From Fimbriosthenelais zetlandica (Eukaryota): DNA of 64,000 nucleotides. Of this stretch, positions 13,401 to 26,809 are shown one piece after another (position 1 is the first letter of the stretch; each line of letters opens with the position of its first letter). The translations under genes were made by a program, and so were the position numbers. Where the stretch lies: NCBI GenBank assembly GCA_977030845.1, contig OZ365111.1, positions 45,446,001 to 45,510,000 of the forward strand, written 5' to 3'. The notes beneath the pieces were generated by a model. That model searched no databases, was not told the DNA's origin, and worked only from the letters and a program-made list of their open reading frames with translations.

Positions 13401-16400
13401 AGTACCACACATGTTATTTCTCAAGGGATCATAAACAGAGATGGAGTGTTGATAGCAGATTATTTTTGTTTATGAAACCAAACTGAAGTACATAGCTGGC
13501 TAAGTGGCGATATAGTTAGTGTTTCACCTTCCCTATATGTTTTATAGTTAACTAGTTCATTGGTTGTTATTAATAACTAGTAAGACAGCAAGGAACATCT
13601 TATTAGACACACTGCCTTTTATAAAAATTAATATATATCTACATATTCCTCTTTATTCAAAGAACTTCTCCTGCTCATATATATGCTGATTTCAATTATC
13701 AACATAGTTATAGGGATAGCCACATGGAATTTAGCCAGGCCCGGTCGCAGACCAGTGGGAAAAGATATACCTGCATGTATACATCTTAAAGATTAATGCC
13801 TTGGGTATTTTTCGTTGAGTTGCTCCACTACCCCGGGGAGAATTCCAGCCCGGATTCCATTACATAAAACATACAAACACCTGAAGATCACGTGGCCACT
13901 TCTAAAGTTACATGCGGAAGTTTTCACAAGTTGCTGCTCATAAATCTTGTAACCAAATAACCCAGGAAATCGATACATATGGCCTGTTAGATGCCAATAT
14001 GACATAAATAGGAGATGTATACTTTAAAAGGTGGTTATCTTGAGCAATTGCTTCTAATTCTGGCACAGTGAAGGTATTGAAGTAATCATTTGTAGGCGTT
14101 AAAATCATTTTTAAATTGCAAACATTAGGCAAGACGTTAGGAGTGAATGCATATACCTAGAATATAAGAATATCAAGGATCTGTGCTACTTTATATAAGC
14201 AGAACTGTCTCACATGACAGAGCATTATTGTGAAATGTGCCCTGGGAAGCATTATGGTGTTGAATGGGATATCATCTATTGGGTGAGTTATATATGAAGG
14301 AAGCTGTGTAATACAATGAAGATCTATCCAACCTTTACCTGAACGTCTATGACATTTGTCACAAGCACACACATTGATAACTGCCCTTTAGAAGTAAAAA
14401 CATACATAGTCATGATACCCACCGCTCCACATTCCCCATAAAGTAAGACCTGAAAAGGTCAAAGGAAGTTTCATATTGCTTTAATATATGTACATATATA
14501 GGTCAGATAATTCAAGGGGATACATGTACTTCTGGGGGCTGTTCCCTACATATATATTCAATGGGCATATTGTGCTAAGTCTATGTGCTGAAACAGTCCC
14601 ATGCAAATGTAGCTATAATCTGTACAAAGCAAGCATGCAAATATTATTCATGGGCACCTATAGGGTATCCAGCCTTAAAGCAAAGAGCTGGACAGGACTG
14701 TGTTCCAGTGTCATGAATAGATAGAAGGTCAACCATGGGAACAGGCCGAGAAGATATAAAATGAAAGTACCTTCAAAGTTTTTCTGAATATCGATATATT
14801 GATAGTTCATTCTGATGCCTTTCGCCACATCTCATTGATTCTAATGGACTCGTTCCTTTGTCTTGATATTATCTCAGCAAAGCAATTTCTTACACCATCT
14901 ACCGGTGGCTTTGTCCTCGTACGGCACTCGACTAAATCCTGGATTTATTAGGGATTAGACCATCCAGGAGGATTATGGGGGGAACCAGTGGACACTTATA
15001 GCCTGCTCTAAGGACATGAGGTAATATACTTGTCTCAAGTGCAATGGGATCTTCAATGAACTGAATATGACCGCCTCTTAAAGAATCCCAGGATAACTTT
15101 TCATTTCCGTGCCAAAGCAGTATGCATTTGAAAGCGTTGGTAAAAACTATGGTAAAAAGTGCCAGCTGGACAGTTCACAGATATTAATTGGTGAATACCA
15201 GTCTTTTGTATTCAAGCCAGGCATATGTGAATTCCTATATTTAGGTGAGCTGTCAGTGGATTCCCTTTGGAACACTAGAGACCCCAGAGTTACTTTGCCA
15301 GGGAATGAATTGATGAAGGCTCTGTCACCAAGTAACTGCCTCTGTCGTCAGTGGAGTAGATGGAAAGGCACATGTTTAAATGTTCTTATATGCTTCTGCC
15401 CACCATTTTCCTGTCTATCGGGGGTCATGCAAGTCAACCCAACCCACCAATATCCTGCCCCTTGTGTTCCCTTAATCACTGTTTTATGCTGCCAATGCTT
15501 TAGGTCTAACAGACTGGATCTTTCTCGGAGGTAAGTAATTCTGCTTGCTATGGTGGGAATACTGGACACCCTGGCCTGGTCTTAATCTATCATTATCTTG
15601 GACCGAGTGGGCTGGCTTCGTGTGCAAAGTGACTGGTGGGGGATGGATGGGATGCTGAGACAGGCGGTGAGGGATGATGTGGTCCATTTGATGACTCCAT
15701 CATCGCCAACTGGTCGATCACAAAAGAAGAAAAATAAGGCCATGTAACCATTTGGTACTGAGCAAATCTTGCCATGTAAATAGTGCAAGAAGGATCGTCC
15801 GAGAACGAAAACCCAGACTACGTTTACAGGGAAAATATGTCGAACCTTTACAAAGAAAAAAAAACTGTCAGATGGGTAAAGAATGGGAGGGTGCAGTGAG
15901 TAGTTCCACAGCTGGCCATAGGTGGCCAGGCTCAATCTTAGGGGAGGAAATAAGACCACCTGTCAACAAGCCAATGAACTAACATTTATGTTACAGAAAC
16001 GGACCTCACACACTAAGCGGACAGAAGCCAATTTAACTGTCAGATTTGGCAGCTATCAGCAATTCCACCTGTCAGTTTGGGAACACACCAAACAAAGCAA
16101 CCGACGAAAAGTTTGCCCTTAATATTAAAAATATGGCTATCGGATCAAGACCAATTCATCAGCTTGAAAAAACATCGAATGCACTATTTTACACCGATTT
16201 TTCTGCTGCTCGAGTTGGTTGGTTTGGGTCTTTATGTTCCAGTGGGAATTATACAGGTTGAATTCAGCTTATGTATTCTCTTTTGCTAGACATTCCTGAG
16301 ATCTCCCATTACAAGTTAGAGACTGCGAAAAACATTATAGGCTTATACCCTGTGAATCAGAATTCCAAATCCCTAGCCACCTTACTCTTGCAACACATTG

Positions 16401-19400
16401 GATAGTATATTATAGCCTGACATATGTGGGGGAAAAAACTCCATGCCATATATACATTATACACTTTCAAAGCTAATACACTGATGCCAACATCGGTGTA
16501 ACATTTGTGGAGCAACATCTGAGCTGCATATTTCTATGCTTGAGTCTCTCTGCGGGCAGGTTACAGGCAATGGATTCTACACGGGGAAAGATCAGTGCTC
16601 TGAGCACATTATACATTCAGGCCTGGAAAGGATGCACCCGTGTGTGTGGCCAGCTTTGATCTGGCTATGCACGCAACACCCCTATCCCACATCCCGGGAG
16701 ATTTTCACACTGATTTTCCATCTTTGTGTACGCTCAATTGCTCCTACACTCGCCCACAATAGTACTTTAGTTGTATGGAAGTTGCAAGTAAATAGTTAAT
16801 CCTTCTCACTTCGATTATTTAAATGATTGTTCAAAATACTTTTATGCCATGGCGGGCGACCATTTTATGACAAAGATGAGATAACCCTAGCGATAGACAT
16901 GTGGTTATAGACCTATATTTGTTCAAAAACCTACCGCAATTTAATCCTATTCTTCGTATTCTTAATGAGGTATTAGCAACTAAAGTTTGTCCCATCAGGC
17001 GCTGTTTTTGTAAATATTTTTGAGGCATAAAAAAGTTAAATAACCTGAGGTTGACTATAATAAATGATAACATGATGAAAGTGTATAAAAATGTAGTAGT
17101 TGAAGACATTTAAAGTGATGCATTGCCTTGCATTGTCCTGTTTAATTATTAGCTACAGCCTATGAAGGATTATCCAATTTAATCAGGGTAATGGACCGTT
17201 TACAGTGCCTTCCTGATCTGACTCTTCCAGAAATTAATCTTTCCGTGACAAACAACATCCCCAGCCTTTCACCGAAGGGCCAACAAACCCATTTGTTCTG
17301 CATCAAATAGAGCTTTAATTTCCCTTTTAGATAGGCGAGGATGTAAAATGAGTTGTAGGCCTAGAGTGCGCGGCGATTGTGGCAGTGATGTTGATACCTC
17401 AAAGATGAGCATTTACACACCCAAACAGGCAGATAATCATCCCGTACTTATTGCTGTACTTATCAGTGCCGCAATACACAGCCTAATTGCTGCACTGGAT
17501 GTCCCCAGAGCCGTCTTACATTTCCCTTGATGCTAATGAAAAACGCATTTTTGTCAAAAAGATCCATTCACAGAGAAGCCGCAGCAGACGACTCGGCTTG
17601 GAATATTTTATCACGAAAACCAGGAGGGTGAGTCAGGCAACATAAAGGCAGTCCTGGCTATAGAAGTTCAGATACCCCCCGCTTCAAAAACAATTCTGTT
17701 TGCGTGCAGTTAACCCCATAAAAAGACCTCCAATCTGTACGAAGTATATTCAAAGGAGAAAAAAATCTTCCATCTCCCCAGTAGTACCTCTTACTCCTTA
17801 TGACATATAATCAATATGAGACAGAGCAATTTCTTTCTGTATTTGCTGGGAAAATGTTAGGAATAATTGGTTGGTTTTCCAGCAATGGAGATGAGTCTGG
17901 TCGCCCTCTCTGAGAAAGTCTGCCAAGCACTGACTCCAAAAGAGATTATTACCTACACAGGGACACGGCTCTTCCACATATTTCCCCTAAAATGTCGATA
18001 TTGACCTTGAGTCTTCATTTTCCTCATATATCAACCGCCCGATCCAAAGAAAGGGAAAACATCGGTCTTTTCAGTTTTCCCCGTGGCGTTCAATGCCCTC
18101 AATGTCAAACCTTGCAGGCAAATTGATTGATCGACAATCCTGTTAGTGCAATCCACGATTACGAGAATCGGGACCTGAATTGAATGTAATCGACAAGATG
18201 GTTATAGAAAGAGGTAGACCCAGCCTCTGTTCTTGTCAGTGAAGAATTAGGTGGAGAATCACCCAGACATGTCTATACACAGAGAAGAAAGCTCCTCTCC
18301 GCTCTTTCAAACAGTGTTCCAGGGTAAGGAGTATTTGGACATCCATCTCTGACACTTTGTTGGTGTTTCAGACATTACCTTATCAGAGAGGGAATAGGAA
18401 GAGTAGATAATCGTTGCCTCCTCCCTAAGCAGAGAGCAACTCTTGTAAAAGGGACCTTTCCTCTTTGTAAAAATCTAACATGACCGCCTTTTGTTGCATG
18501 CAGGTGGTGAAAGAACAGAGAGGCCCCGAGCATCCCGACAACCGAACCACACTTCCGATAGGCCATGAAACAAGCTTAAAAAAATATCCGAAAACACAAC
18601 ATTCTGTTGAAGCAATGTCCAACAGAACACCTTTAGATTGTAATAATGTAACAACACCCAATGCCAAAAAAAAAAGATTTAACAGCACAGGAATGAGCAA
18701 CGGACTCCAATCCTGCCAACTCAAACACAAACAAATGAAGCAAGAACATGCACTACTGCAATTGGATGCTGCCAGAGACAGACAATAGTGAGGCAGTTCT
18801 TTTCCCAGCAATTGCAGCGGTGAAATAAATCCCCGCTGGGAGACAATGCCTCGCTTGACATTGGTCCTCTTGATATCCAAGCAGTTGTTAAATGTTCTCA
18901 GGGCCTTACCCCAAAGAAATTCCCTAAGCCCCATTAACTAACAACGTGTTGGAATTCCCACACCGGTGCCAAAATCGATCGTACCGCAAATAACGAGAGA
19001 TTCCCACGTAATTCTGTTATTGTGGCAGGGTAATCCCCTAGACAAGTTTCTGACGACAGCAATTACCATTTTTCTTCGTCCCTCTGTAATGGAGCTTAGA
19101 AGAGTTATATGAGTCGTTAGAATGGGATGCTGTCTGTAGCTTCGTCGACAAAGGTCACTTTCACACATGCAGGACACTGTGTACAGCATTCTGAACTTAA
19201 AGGGTGCCATTCCATTTGCAAGGCAGCCCACCCTCCCCACCTGTTCTGATTCTTGTCTTCTTGCCCGAAGGGTTTAGACTATAACGTGACGAGGAAAGAT
19301 TTCAAGTAAATCGCAACAGCAATGATGATTCCTATGCAACATACTATAAATCAATGATATGCCGAACAGCATAATGCACACATCAATGCATAACTATTTG

Positions 19401-22400
19401 TCCATCCCGAGGAATTTCTGTAGCAAAAAATGGGGAAGTCATGGCTTACTTGAGAACCACAACGAGTGCCCAACCTCCCATCTCAGGGTTATCCACACTA
19501 TTGCTGCCCAGAAATAGCAATAAATAGTTTGGTGGAAATCAGTGGGGACAAGGGGGTACAAGGAGGGCTTGATTGCCTTCTAGCCAGCCCCATTCACCCC
19601 TATCGACCCACGTCTGAAATATTGGGCGAAAGATTCCGCTTGAAAGGTACTAAAAAATGTTCTGCTATATGAGTAGATCTGCACTGGCTCTCATTGACCC
19701 AGATTTTAGGCAAACCTATTTTAGTCCCCAATCCATCATCAGATAAGTGCACAAGAGGGTTTAGAGCTTTCTTTGCTTTCCAGAATCAGTCTCTTCAAAG
19801 GCAATGTGAATGAAAAAAATCGTTGAAAGAGATTAGAGTTTGTCTACAGTATTGTCCATAAAGGAGTCCTTTAAGTTAAGGATAGCAAGCAATTGAGGTA
19901 GACAAATGGGGCATTTTGCACTTAAGTTACATAATTATTATAGATGACACTAAACCTTATTTCAGGGGTATACTGAACTAGAAAAATTGAACATTTATCA
20001 TTCGTACTGCAACATAAGCATTCTAATTTTAGGCTTTTCTGAAAAATATGAAAGACACCTAATATCAAACCAAACCGAAATGTCATTTTGGTTAAGGCTT
20101 CCTGAATGCCATTTATGGTTCCAAATGTGTTCTACCCGAACAGGGAAACCCCACTAGGGCTCTTTGCCTTTTTGATTCTTGAATTTTTTTTCGCAGAGGT
20201 TTCTTGGAGGTTTCTTCCTTCTTGTTGTAGTGTTGCTACACACATTCAACAACCGAAAGAGACGCAAGTAGTGAAAACCCAATCAGCCTATTGATACCAG
20301 GAAGTTGTATTGAAAAGTCGCAAAGTAAAAATCCTTAGTGGAGTTTGCCCAATATAAGCCGCTAAAACAAATTATCCACACATGGCAAGAACGAGCAAGT
20401 CCTGCACTTGCTCACAAGTGTCATGAAAGAGACTGGCTCATCATTATTAACGTATGTCTCTACCATAAACAACAGGAACTAACTCCTTCCGCCCTGCTTT
20501 ACAGTGCAGAACGAGCCCGCTGAGACATGTCCTCGTGTGCACTGGAAGAAAATGAAGAGCCTCCCTTAAAAGACAGAGCCGATGGCGCTCTAAATTCAAA
20601 ACTACATTCTGGAAGCACTAGTAATTGCTCGGTCTCGCACACCTGAAGAGAAAACTTGATGATTCAAAATGAGAAAAATTCCCCATTTCCTAGGGGAATT
20701 GAAAACAAATCAAACTCGGTAATTAAACTGTCAAGATGGCGGTTTGAAATTAAACTGAATATGAAGCCTGAGATATCTGATGTTACCAGAGGGAAGCCCA
20801 TCATTTCAGTTCAATGAGCCTTCATATTGATTCCATGTCTTAATTGTGCTGTGAAAGGTCAGTGACAAAGCCTACTTGAGTGAAAGCAAACTGCCACAAG
20901 TAACGCTCAACCAGGCATCTGTCTATCTGTTAATGATAAAAGCAGTGGCAATGTGCTTAGGTGATTGAAGCGGGTATAGATCATTAACATATCTCTCTAC
21001 TTGACTGGGCCTCAGTGATGTGGAGGTTGTCTTTGACGTCACCAAGGCAATCAAATCCACCAATCACTCTATATCTTCCTCTTTTATGAAGGAAACCAGA
21101 TTCTATAGTAGGAAGACCAACGATAAGAAAAGCAGAACCCTCTTCTCTCTGCCTCTTGGTAACAACTATACTTTTTAACCCATCTTTTGTATTTTATTTC
21201 TCTCTCCGCCTCAATTCTAAAGACCCAAAGCCAAGAGATCATTTCTGGAGCCTGTCTTTGACAGTTTTAATTCAGTGAGAACCATGGTGGATCATTGACA
21301 GTGGCCGATCTTTTTCTCTCTAACTAAACACGGAGTGTCACTCGTCTATAAAGATTTTACCATCTTTGTTGACGTACTTCCGAAGGAGTTTGCTTCGTTG
21401 TAAGCACTCCGTGCTGAGGAATGTGACTGGGCAATATTGATTTAACAAGCTCCTTCCTCCCTCCTGGTTGTCTTTTATTGTCGGGATTTTCCACAGTAGT
21501 CATGACAATGCCGCTTCCAGTATTTCACCAGCCTCCTCTCAACACTTGGCACAACCAGCTTTTGTGCCTTAAGGCATATATATACTAAAGGTTGACTCTG
21601 GACTATACTGGATGGCATTTATGTGGGTCTGAGGTTTATTTGACAGATATACGTCCTTGATTGGTGGAATTCTCTTCTATCCTTTGGGTTGTCATTTTTG
21701 ACCACTGAATCTAGTCTAGTGGGTCCGGTTTTATTTAAAGCATTGTTATTTTTCTTGATAAAATGGCTTTATAAGGGACCAAGCTCTCCAGTATAGCATA
21801 TGAAGATTTGCTTTTAATAATTTGCTTTCAGTGTTGAAGAAATGTTCAAAAAATGAAATTTTTAGCAATATCATTAGTTGAAATATCGACCAACGATGCT
21901 TGGTGGATGTGCGAAGTTAGGGTCATAAGGACCTACCGAATCTATTCCCTTCTGACCTCTTAACTTCAACATATGACAGTGATTTTTGGCAGACATGTAC
22001 ATAGACACCGCACAAGCGAGCCCAGATGAAGCCATTATTTCCTACAATGGCTCCCTTAAGAAAATCTGGGAATCACACTGCACCTAGTGGGCTTAAGGTG
22101 AACTATATGGAGAGCATCCCTCCGCCTCCACCACTGTTGGTCCTGCTCACAACACAGAAGCTAACAAGGGCTTTCATTGAATTTTCCAGAATGGTTATCA
22201 CATTTGGCTCTGTGCTTTCGCCGTTGTTAATGCAATTTCCATACAAAAGTAATGCGACTGCTCAATATGTCAAGGCAGGTCTTGACTAGGCCTATACTAA
22301 AAACCTACATTATTTGATAAGACGATGAAATTGCTCCACCAGGTTTTATAACTGTTGACAGTATTGAATGTCATCAGTTAATTTGTAATTTTATATTCGT

Positions 22401-22720
22401 GTTACACAGTTAATTCAATCATCATTTTACTGCATTGAATAATTCATACTCCCGGGTCCTTTTCTAACTAGAATTGGACACACTGTCGTGTGATGTATCG
22501 AAGGCTATTTGTCAATTTAAATATACTAGGCCTATGTGTTAATTTAGTAGATTAAGTGATATGTAAATTTCTTTAGTTCCCTTTATTTTCTATGTTGATA
22601 AAATCCCTTTATGATGGTTTAAATCGTCATCAATCAAAAACTCGGACATGATTAATTGATCAGTTTTATTTCATTCAGTCTAGTGATGATTTTGTTGTTG
22701 TTAATTTTGTCTTTTTATGG

Positions 22721-22864
22721 TTAGCGACGAGAATACTCGATCAAATTGTACATATCGACTATTCATGACGATATTTGTCTACTACATTAATTATACATGA
22801 GTAGGTAAAGTAGAACATTCTTTCCTATTCTTGCTTAAAAATTCAAAGCGAAGTGACTAGTATA
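22721..22864 (+). repeat. Copy 1 of a diverged ~140-bp direct repeat (copy 2 at 23999-24142)
   Basis: GAGAATACTCGATCAAATTGTACATATCGACTATTCATGA...GACTAGTATA aligns with 23999-24142. Confidence 0.85.
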
Positions 22865-23222
22865 TTATTCCATTTCCAGAATATGAATTTGTGTGATCAG
22901 ATGAAAACGAGGGAAATAGTCCACGAGCCTCAGGGGGAGTTGCTATGTACACTCTGAAAATATAAAATGTTAAATGTTTGGCTGGATTAGAAATGTTAAT
23001 TGTGAATGTTGAATTTCGAAAAAGAAAATATAAAATAATTCGATTGAAAACCAGTTTAGATTTTTTTTCATTTTGGAATATCAATTAATCAATTAGATTT
23101 ATATAAATAAATCATAATTGAACCTTTCAATAGACTTGATCTTGACAAAACCTATCAATGCCAAGTATATAGGCCTAAGGCAAGGATGAGCCAGCATAAT
23201 TATAATATTATTTATGTCCACC

Positions 23223-23472
23223 TATAGAGGTTTTTCACGAGACGATCCGCCATTTTGGACGTATAGCACTGCACGTCTATAGGGTACATAGGGTACGTCC
23301 AAACAACATTCATGTACTTTGGAAACTTCTAGTGGGTTGTCTACTATTATTTCTAACTTTGTAAGGCAGTTTGTTTGAACGTAGACAACGTCGTAGACGT
23401 GCATTGCTATACATCCAAAATGGCGGATCGCCGTATTATGACGCCTGGGACGTCTCGTGAAAAACCTCTATA
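23223..23472. mobile_element. 250-bp MITE with long TIRs (PHIS superfamily, ISL2EU-like, tentative)
   Basis: Perfect 22-bp inverted repeat TATAGAGGTTTTTCACGAGACG / CGTCTCGTGAAAAACCTCTATA, plus a near-perfect inner pair GATCCGCCATTTTGGACGTATAGCA / TGCTATACATCCAAAATGGCGGATC. Ends read AT|AGAGG...CCTCT|AT. Confidence 0.85.
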
Positions 23473-23597
23473 CATGTGTACCCATAAATCAGTCACACTT
23501 ACAGTTTGACACTTACTTAGACTAAAACTCGGTTCCATATTAATATTATTGGAAAGGCTAAATAGAATCATATTTTTCTTAAACAGCGACGTGTGCA

Positions 23598-23827
23598 TAG
23601 GCCTATGTATCTTAGTGCCCTGAGTAGGCCTAGGACTAGGTCATCGACCAATTTGTATAGGCCTACAAGGTACAACAGTACAATGTTTACTGTATAGTCT
23701 ATGCTTTTAGCTATGACTCATCCTGAGACCTTAAACAATAATAACACGCCTTTACAGAGAATTCAAAGAGATAACATATTATTATAGCTCGAGCTCTATA
23801 ACTTACCTATATGTAGGCCTAGGCCTA
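23598..23827. repeat. Cluster of TAGGCCTA motifs (putative transposon excision footprints)
   Basis: TAGGCCTA at 23598, 23625 and 23658, and tandem TAGGCCTAGGCCTA at 23814-23827. Further copies at 22288, 22528 and 23171. Confidence 0.7.
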
Positions 23828-23998
23828 TGTATACAGTAATTAATCCAGATTGCGTGTAGGTGGCGTGTAGGTATATGTAAGTAGGTCAATTTTCCGACGC
23901 CATGCGGCAAATAAGGAACTAAACAGGTTGTAAAAATCCAAAATGGCGGATGGTCATTTTACTGTTCAAATAAAATTTTCAGAGCGAATACAAACCAT

Positions 23999-24168
23999 TT
24001 AGAGATGAGAATACTTGATCAAATTATACATATCGACTATTCATGATTATATTTGTCTACTCTATTAATTGTGCAGTAGTAGGTAATGTAGAACATTCTT
24101 TTCGAGCATTGTTTACAAATTGAAAAACGACTGACTAGTATAGTCGAAGGCCTGAATAGCCTTCGACA
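23999..24168 (+). repeat. Copy 2 of the ~140-bp direct repeat, ending in CTAG followed by a 9-bp GC-rich hairpin
   Basis: Homology to 22721-22864 ends at ACTAGTATA, followed by GTCGAAGGC-CTGAATA-GCCTTCGAC. Confidence 0.75.
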
Positions 24169-26169
24169 AAAAGCAGAAAAGAATTTATCCACTTCTATCT
24201 GAAAGTTATCGCTGCCATCCATCCCATGGAATGCCTTTAAGGAGTTGAAGAAGTTTCTCCTCAAAGCCAAGTGTCAGGATTTTAGTGACACCAACTAACA
24301 TAAGAGGTTGCTTGATACCTTTGAAAATCCACCTCTCAAATATTGAGATGCAGCCTATGCCAAGCTGAAGTAGTGACTTAATATGGTAGACATCGGTCCC
24401 CCCGGATGAGAGACAGTGATGGGCTTCTGAGCCTCAAGATCAGATTAGCTATGGCACTCAATCGATCAGTTTCACCAACTGGGTCCTACAGGAGTCTAGA
24501 TTACGAGACATAGGGGATCCCTGGACAGTAAGAGGAAACTTGACTAATTTGAGAAGTTTGGCTTGCCTTGCACGACAATGAAGTGCAATATTTTCCCATT
24601 AGACTGTCTGCTAAGGTAGACCCCATGCATGCATCGAAGAGAATAGCTGGGGCTAAAGCTGAAAAGCCACTGGCTAAAGAGGCTATTGTCTTCCAAGGAT
24701 TTTCCAATGGATAATGGAACTATTACAATATTGTACTTTTCCCAGTTGGCAAAGCACTAACCCTGTTCCAGCAGATGTGCTGAATTATGACAAGTCTATG
24801 GGGGACTCTATGTCTGGTCATATTCCTCCTGAAATAGCCCTGATAAACAGCTCAAATATGGCAACACAATGTTCATGCCAAAGTACCTAGTCAGGCCAAT
24901 CGGGTTTGGTGTGGGCATTACTTGGGCGTGGCCTATTTTCTCGGCCAATCAGGAGCTTGGAAATTAGGTTAAATTATGCTAATTTATGCGGAACCAGTGG
25001 AGCCTACTGGCCAAATAACTTTCATTTGAACATAATCCTTATTGATTACGTGCATTTTTACTACACAAAATATATATTCTTGCATAACAAGGCTCCGAGC
25101 TATACCGTGTGAACATTACTCATGAAGTCTTTCGCCTTTTTCATCATTAAATCTATTTTCAGTTCCTTCGGGGGCGGAAACACAATTTATCACCAACATT
25201 ATATCTCTGGAAATGATATATTACATCCGCAGAACAAGACAGCCAAATGAGGCTTTGCAAAATGCATTACGATGTGTAACATCTCATCAATCTTAAAGAT
25301 CGCACACGCAATGCTTGTTTTACACCTAGGTTCCATGACACTCACTATCTACTTCCATCCAATTATCTAAGTGTAGTGCACTGTTAAACCGTTTAAAATT
25401 GTGCTGGTTCCGTGGGCTTAATTATATACAATCAACCATCATTTTGAATATACCCGATTAAGTTACATTAATTTCAGAGAATCATTATGTTATTCAGTGA
25501 ATCTTGGGCCTCGGATTACCTCTGACCAAAAAGCAATTTCAGCACATCGCAGCGGACAAGACTGTCTATATGTTAGACAGGAAATGAAGCAAATTTGGAC
25601 CGCCACTTTCATGTTTGGCATGTCTTGGAGCACATAATTGGTAGGGATTATTACTTCCAGAATGAGAAGTTAACTTCTCGTTCTGGAAGAACTATAGTCT
25701 ACCAGATCCCAGGTCTCTCCCTTGCAAGAACCTTGAGACCGCCTTTTGGCTAGCCTTACCCTAGGTCCCTAGCTTTACAGTCGGTAGGTGTTTGATACCT
25801 TTCTCGTTACAAAACAGGCAAAATTCGCAAGGCTTTTGACGGTTGGTCAGCGAGGGGAGGTCCGTCCAGCCAAATCAGCTCCTTTGCTTCTTGCATTTTT
25901 GAGGTGTTTTCTGTAAGCGAGTCTAAAGTCGCACAGGGCCATTCGATGCTATTGGCCTGAAAGCACTGTGTACAAGCCACTTATATCTCACCTTTACGAC
26001 TTTAAACTCATTTAATGAAAACGGGTGACATATTGTTGGATGGAGGCTAGCAAACTTCATCATCGATCACTACATTAGTTTTAGTGCTTGGGCAAGTACA
26101 AGCATGTGCTACAATTAAACACATTTCATTTCCATCACTATGTAAAATTTCTAACAGGGGACTCACCAT

Positions 26170-26660
26170 CTCCATCCTTTTCCTCCTGCTTCCAATCATT
26201 CCTATAATAATCTCCTCTTTGAATTCTCTCATGCCCTTCTCTGAGTTCTCCCAGTCACCCTGTCTTACTTAGCCACTGTCCCATTCACTATACCACCCTC
26301 ACCCTCCCTTATACCTTCTCCTATACCATCTCTCCCATCCCCCATGTTCTCCACTGTCTCTTATATTCTCCCGAGCACACCATTTCCCTTTCCTCCAGCC
26401 ATCTCTCCCCTCTGTCCCTAACCCTGTGTCTCATCCCCTCCGAACCTCATCATCTCCTTTCTAATTGGGGTTTGTTTCATAAAATATTTTCAATAATTTA
26501 CTAATTTCTCGCATACTCTTATTTGGGGCAATTTTCATAAAATATTTCAGAATATTATCTGTCACCCTTTTGGGGACATTTTAACTACAACTATCACTTG
26601 CACCATCACCATATCTCTTTCTGTGTTTGGGGCATGTTTCATAAAAATATTTCCATACCT
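26170..26660. repeat. Pyrimidine-rich low-complexity tract followed by 3-4 copies of TTGGGG(N)4-6TTTCATAAAATATTT
   Basis: CT-rich tract at 26170-26460; repeated units near 26464, 26521, 26571 and 26627. Confidence 0.6.
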
Positions 26661-26809
26661 ACATACCTGCCCCCACCACACACACACTCACCTCAGTAAT
26701 TTCCAATACCCATCACCCTATTCGTAGCGTTATTAAATATTTCTACCACTATTTCCCATCTGTCATCTTACACCCTCCAAACAAAATTTAAGTTTAAAAT
26801 ATAAATAAA

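Noticed and set aside
15504-15530. Strong donor GAG|GTAAGT with a possible 18-27 nt micro-exon
   Set aside because: The 27-nt form carries an in-frame stop and the 18-nt form has a poor acceptor. No independent support.
18375-18934. Overlapping ORFs of 60-169 aa on both strands
   Set aside because: No recognisable domain, Cys/Leu-rich random-like composition, and no coherent exon structure.
25538-25560. RE1/NRSE-like half sites TTCAGCAC...GGACAAG
   Set aside because: Wrong spacer length and both halves are degenerate.
25810-25880. HDV-like ribozyme words on the minus strand (CCTCCCCTCGCTG, TGCGAAT)
   Set aside because: There is no room for P2, no P1.1 GG, and P3 is mismatched. It folds as a simple hairpin rather than the nested double pseudoknot.
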